Origin: Octopus sinensis
Taxonomy: Eukaryota
Length of the DNA: 64,000 nucleotides
Direction of reading: 5' to 3'
Assembly (NCBI RefSeq): GCF_006345805.1
Contig: NC_042999.1
Location: 109,926,001-109,990,000 of the forward strand
Shown here: piece by piece, positions 63,885 through 64,000 of the stretch
Layout: each line of letters begins with the position of its first letter
Position numbering within the stretch: the stretch's first letter is position 1
Program-made: the position numbers and the translations under genes
The notes under the pieces: model-generated
Database searches by the model: none
What the model was told of the DNA's origin: nothing
The model's input: only the letters and a program-made list of their open reading frames with translations

Positions 63885-64000
63885 TAAAACAATGTGAAAT
63901 GAAGTGTTTTGCTCAAAAACACAACGTGCCACCCAGTCAGGGAATTGAACCCTTGATTTAGCGATCGTGAGTGCAACAGCCTAACCACTAGGTTAGGCTG
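63885..64000 (-). mobile_element. SINE family C 5' part (runs to the window edge)
   Basis: tgaaatgaagtgttttgctcaa...ggaattgaacc...ctaaccactag matches 61390-61495. Confidence 0.7.

Overview
AT-rich, microsatellite-dense eukaryotic DNA. The SINE and RTE-LINE families look like those of coleoid cephalopods, most likely Octopus (inference from family sequence, not a database hit). The window is mostly intronic or intergenic and no complete gene is recognisable. Contents: (i) many tRNA-headed SINEs of three main types, some in head-to-tail arrays; (ii) one 5'-truncated, 5'-inverted RTE-clade LINE (46891-48903) with a decayed RT and a PHD-like finger inside it, plus several isolated copies of its 3' UTR; (iii) two decayed Tc1/mariner elements (a DD37D type and a WVPHEL-type mariner); (iv) hAT-, piggyBac-, pogo/Tigger-like and foldback MITEs, some nested three deep; (v) a few candidate spliced exons with no recognisable product. 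The most interesting signal is a ~60-nt module repeated 1 to about 9 times in the RTE 3' UTR. It has a fixed hairpin stem with a variable loop, followed by a predicted H-type pseudoknot whose substitutions are mostly compensatory or wobble. Most ORFs in the supplied track are artefacts of microsatellites or repeats.
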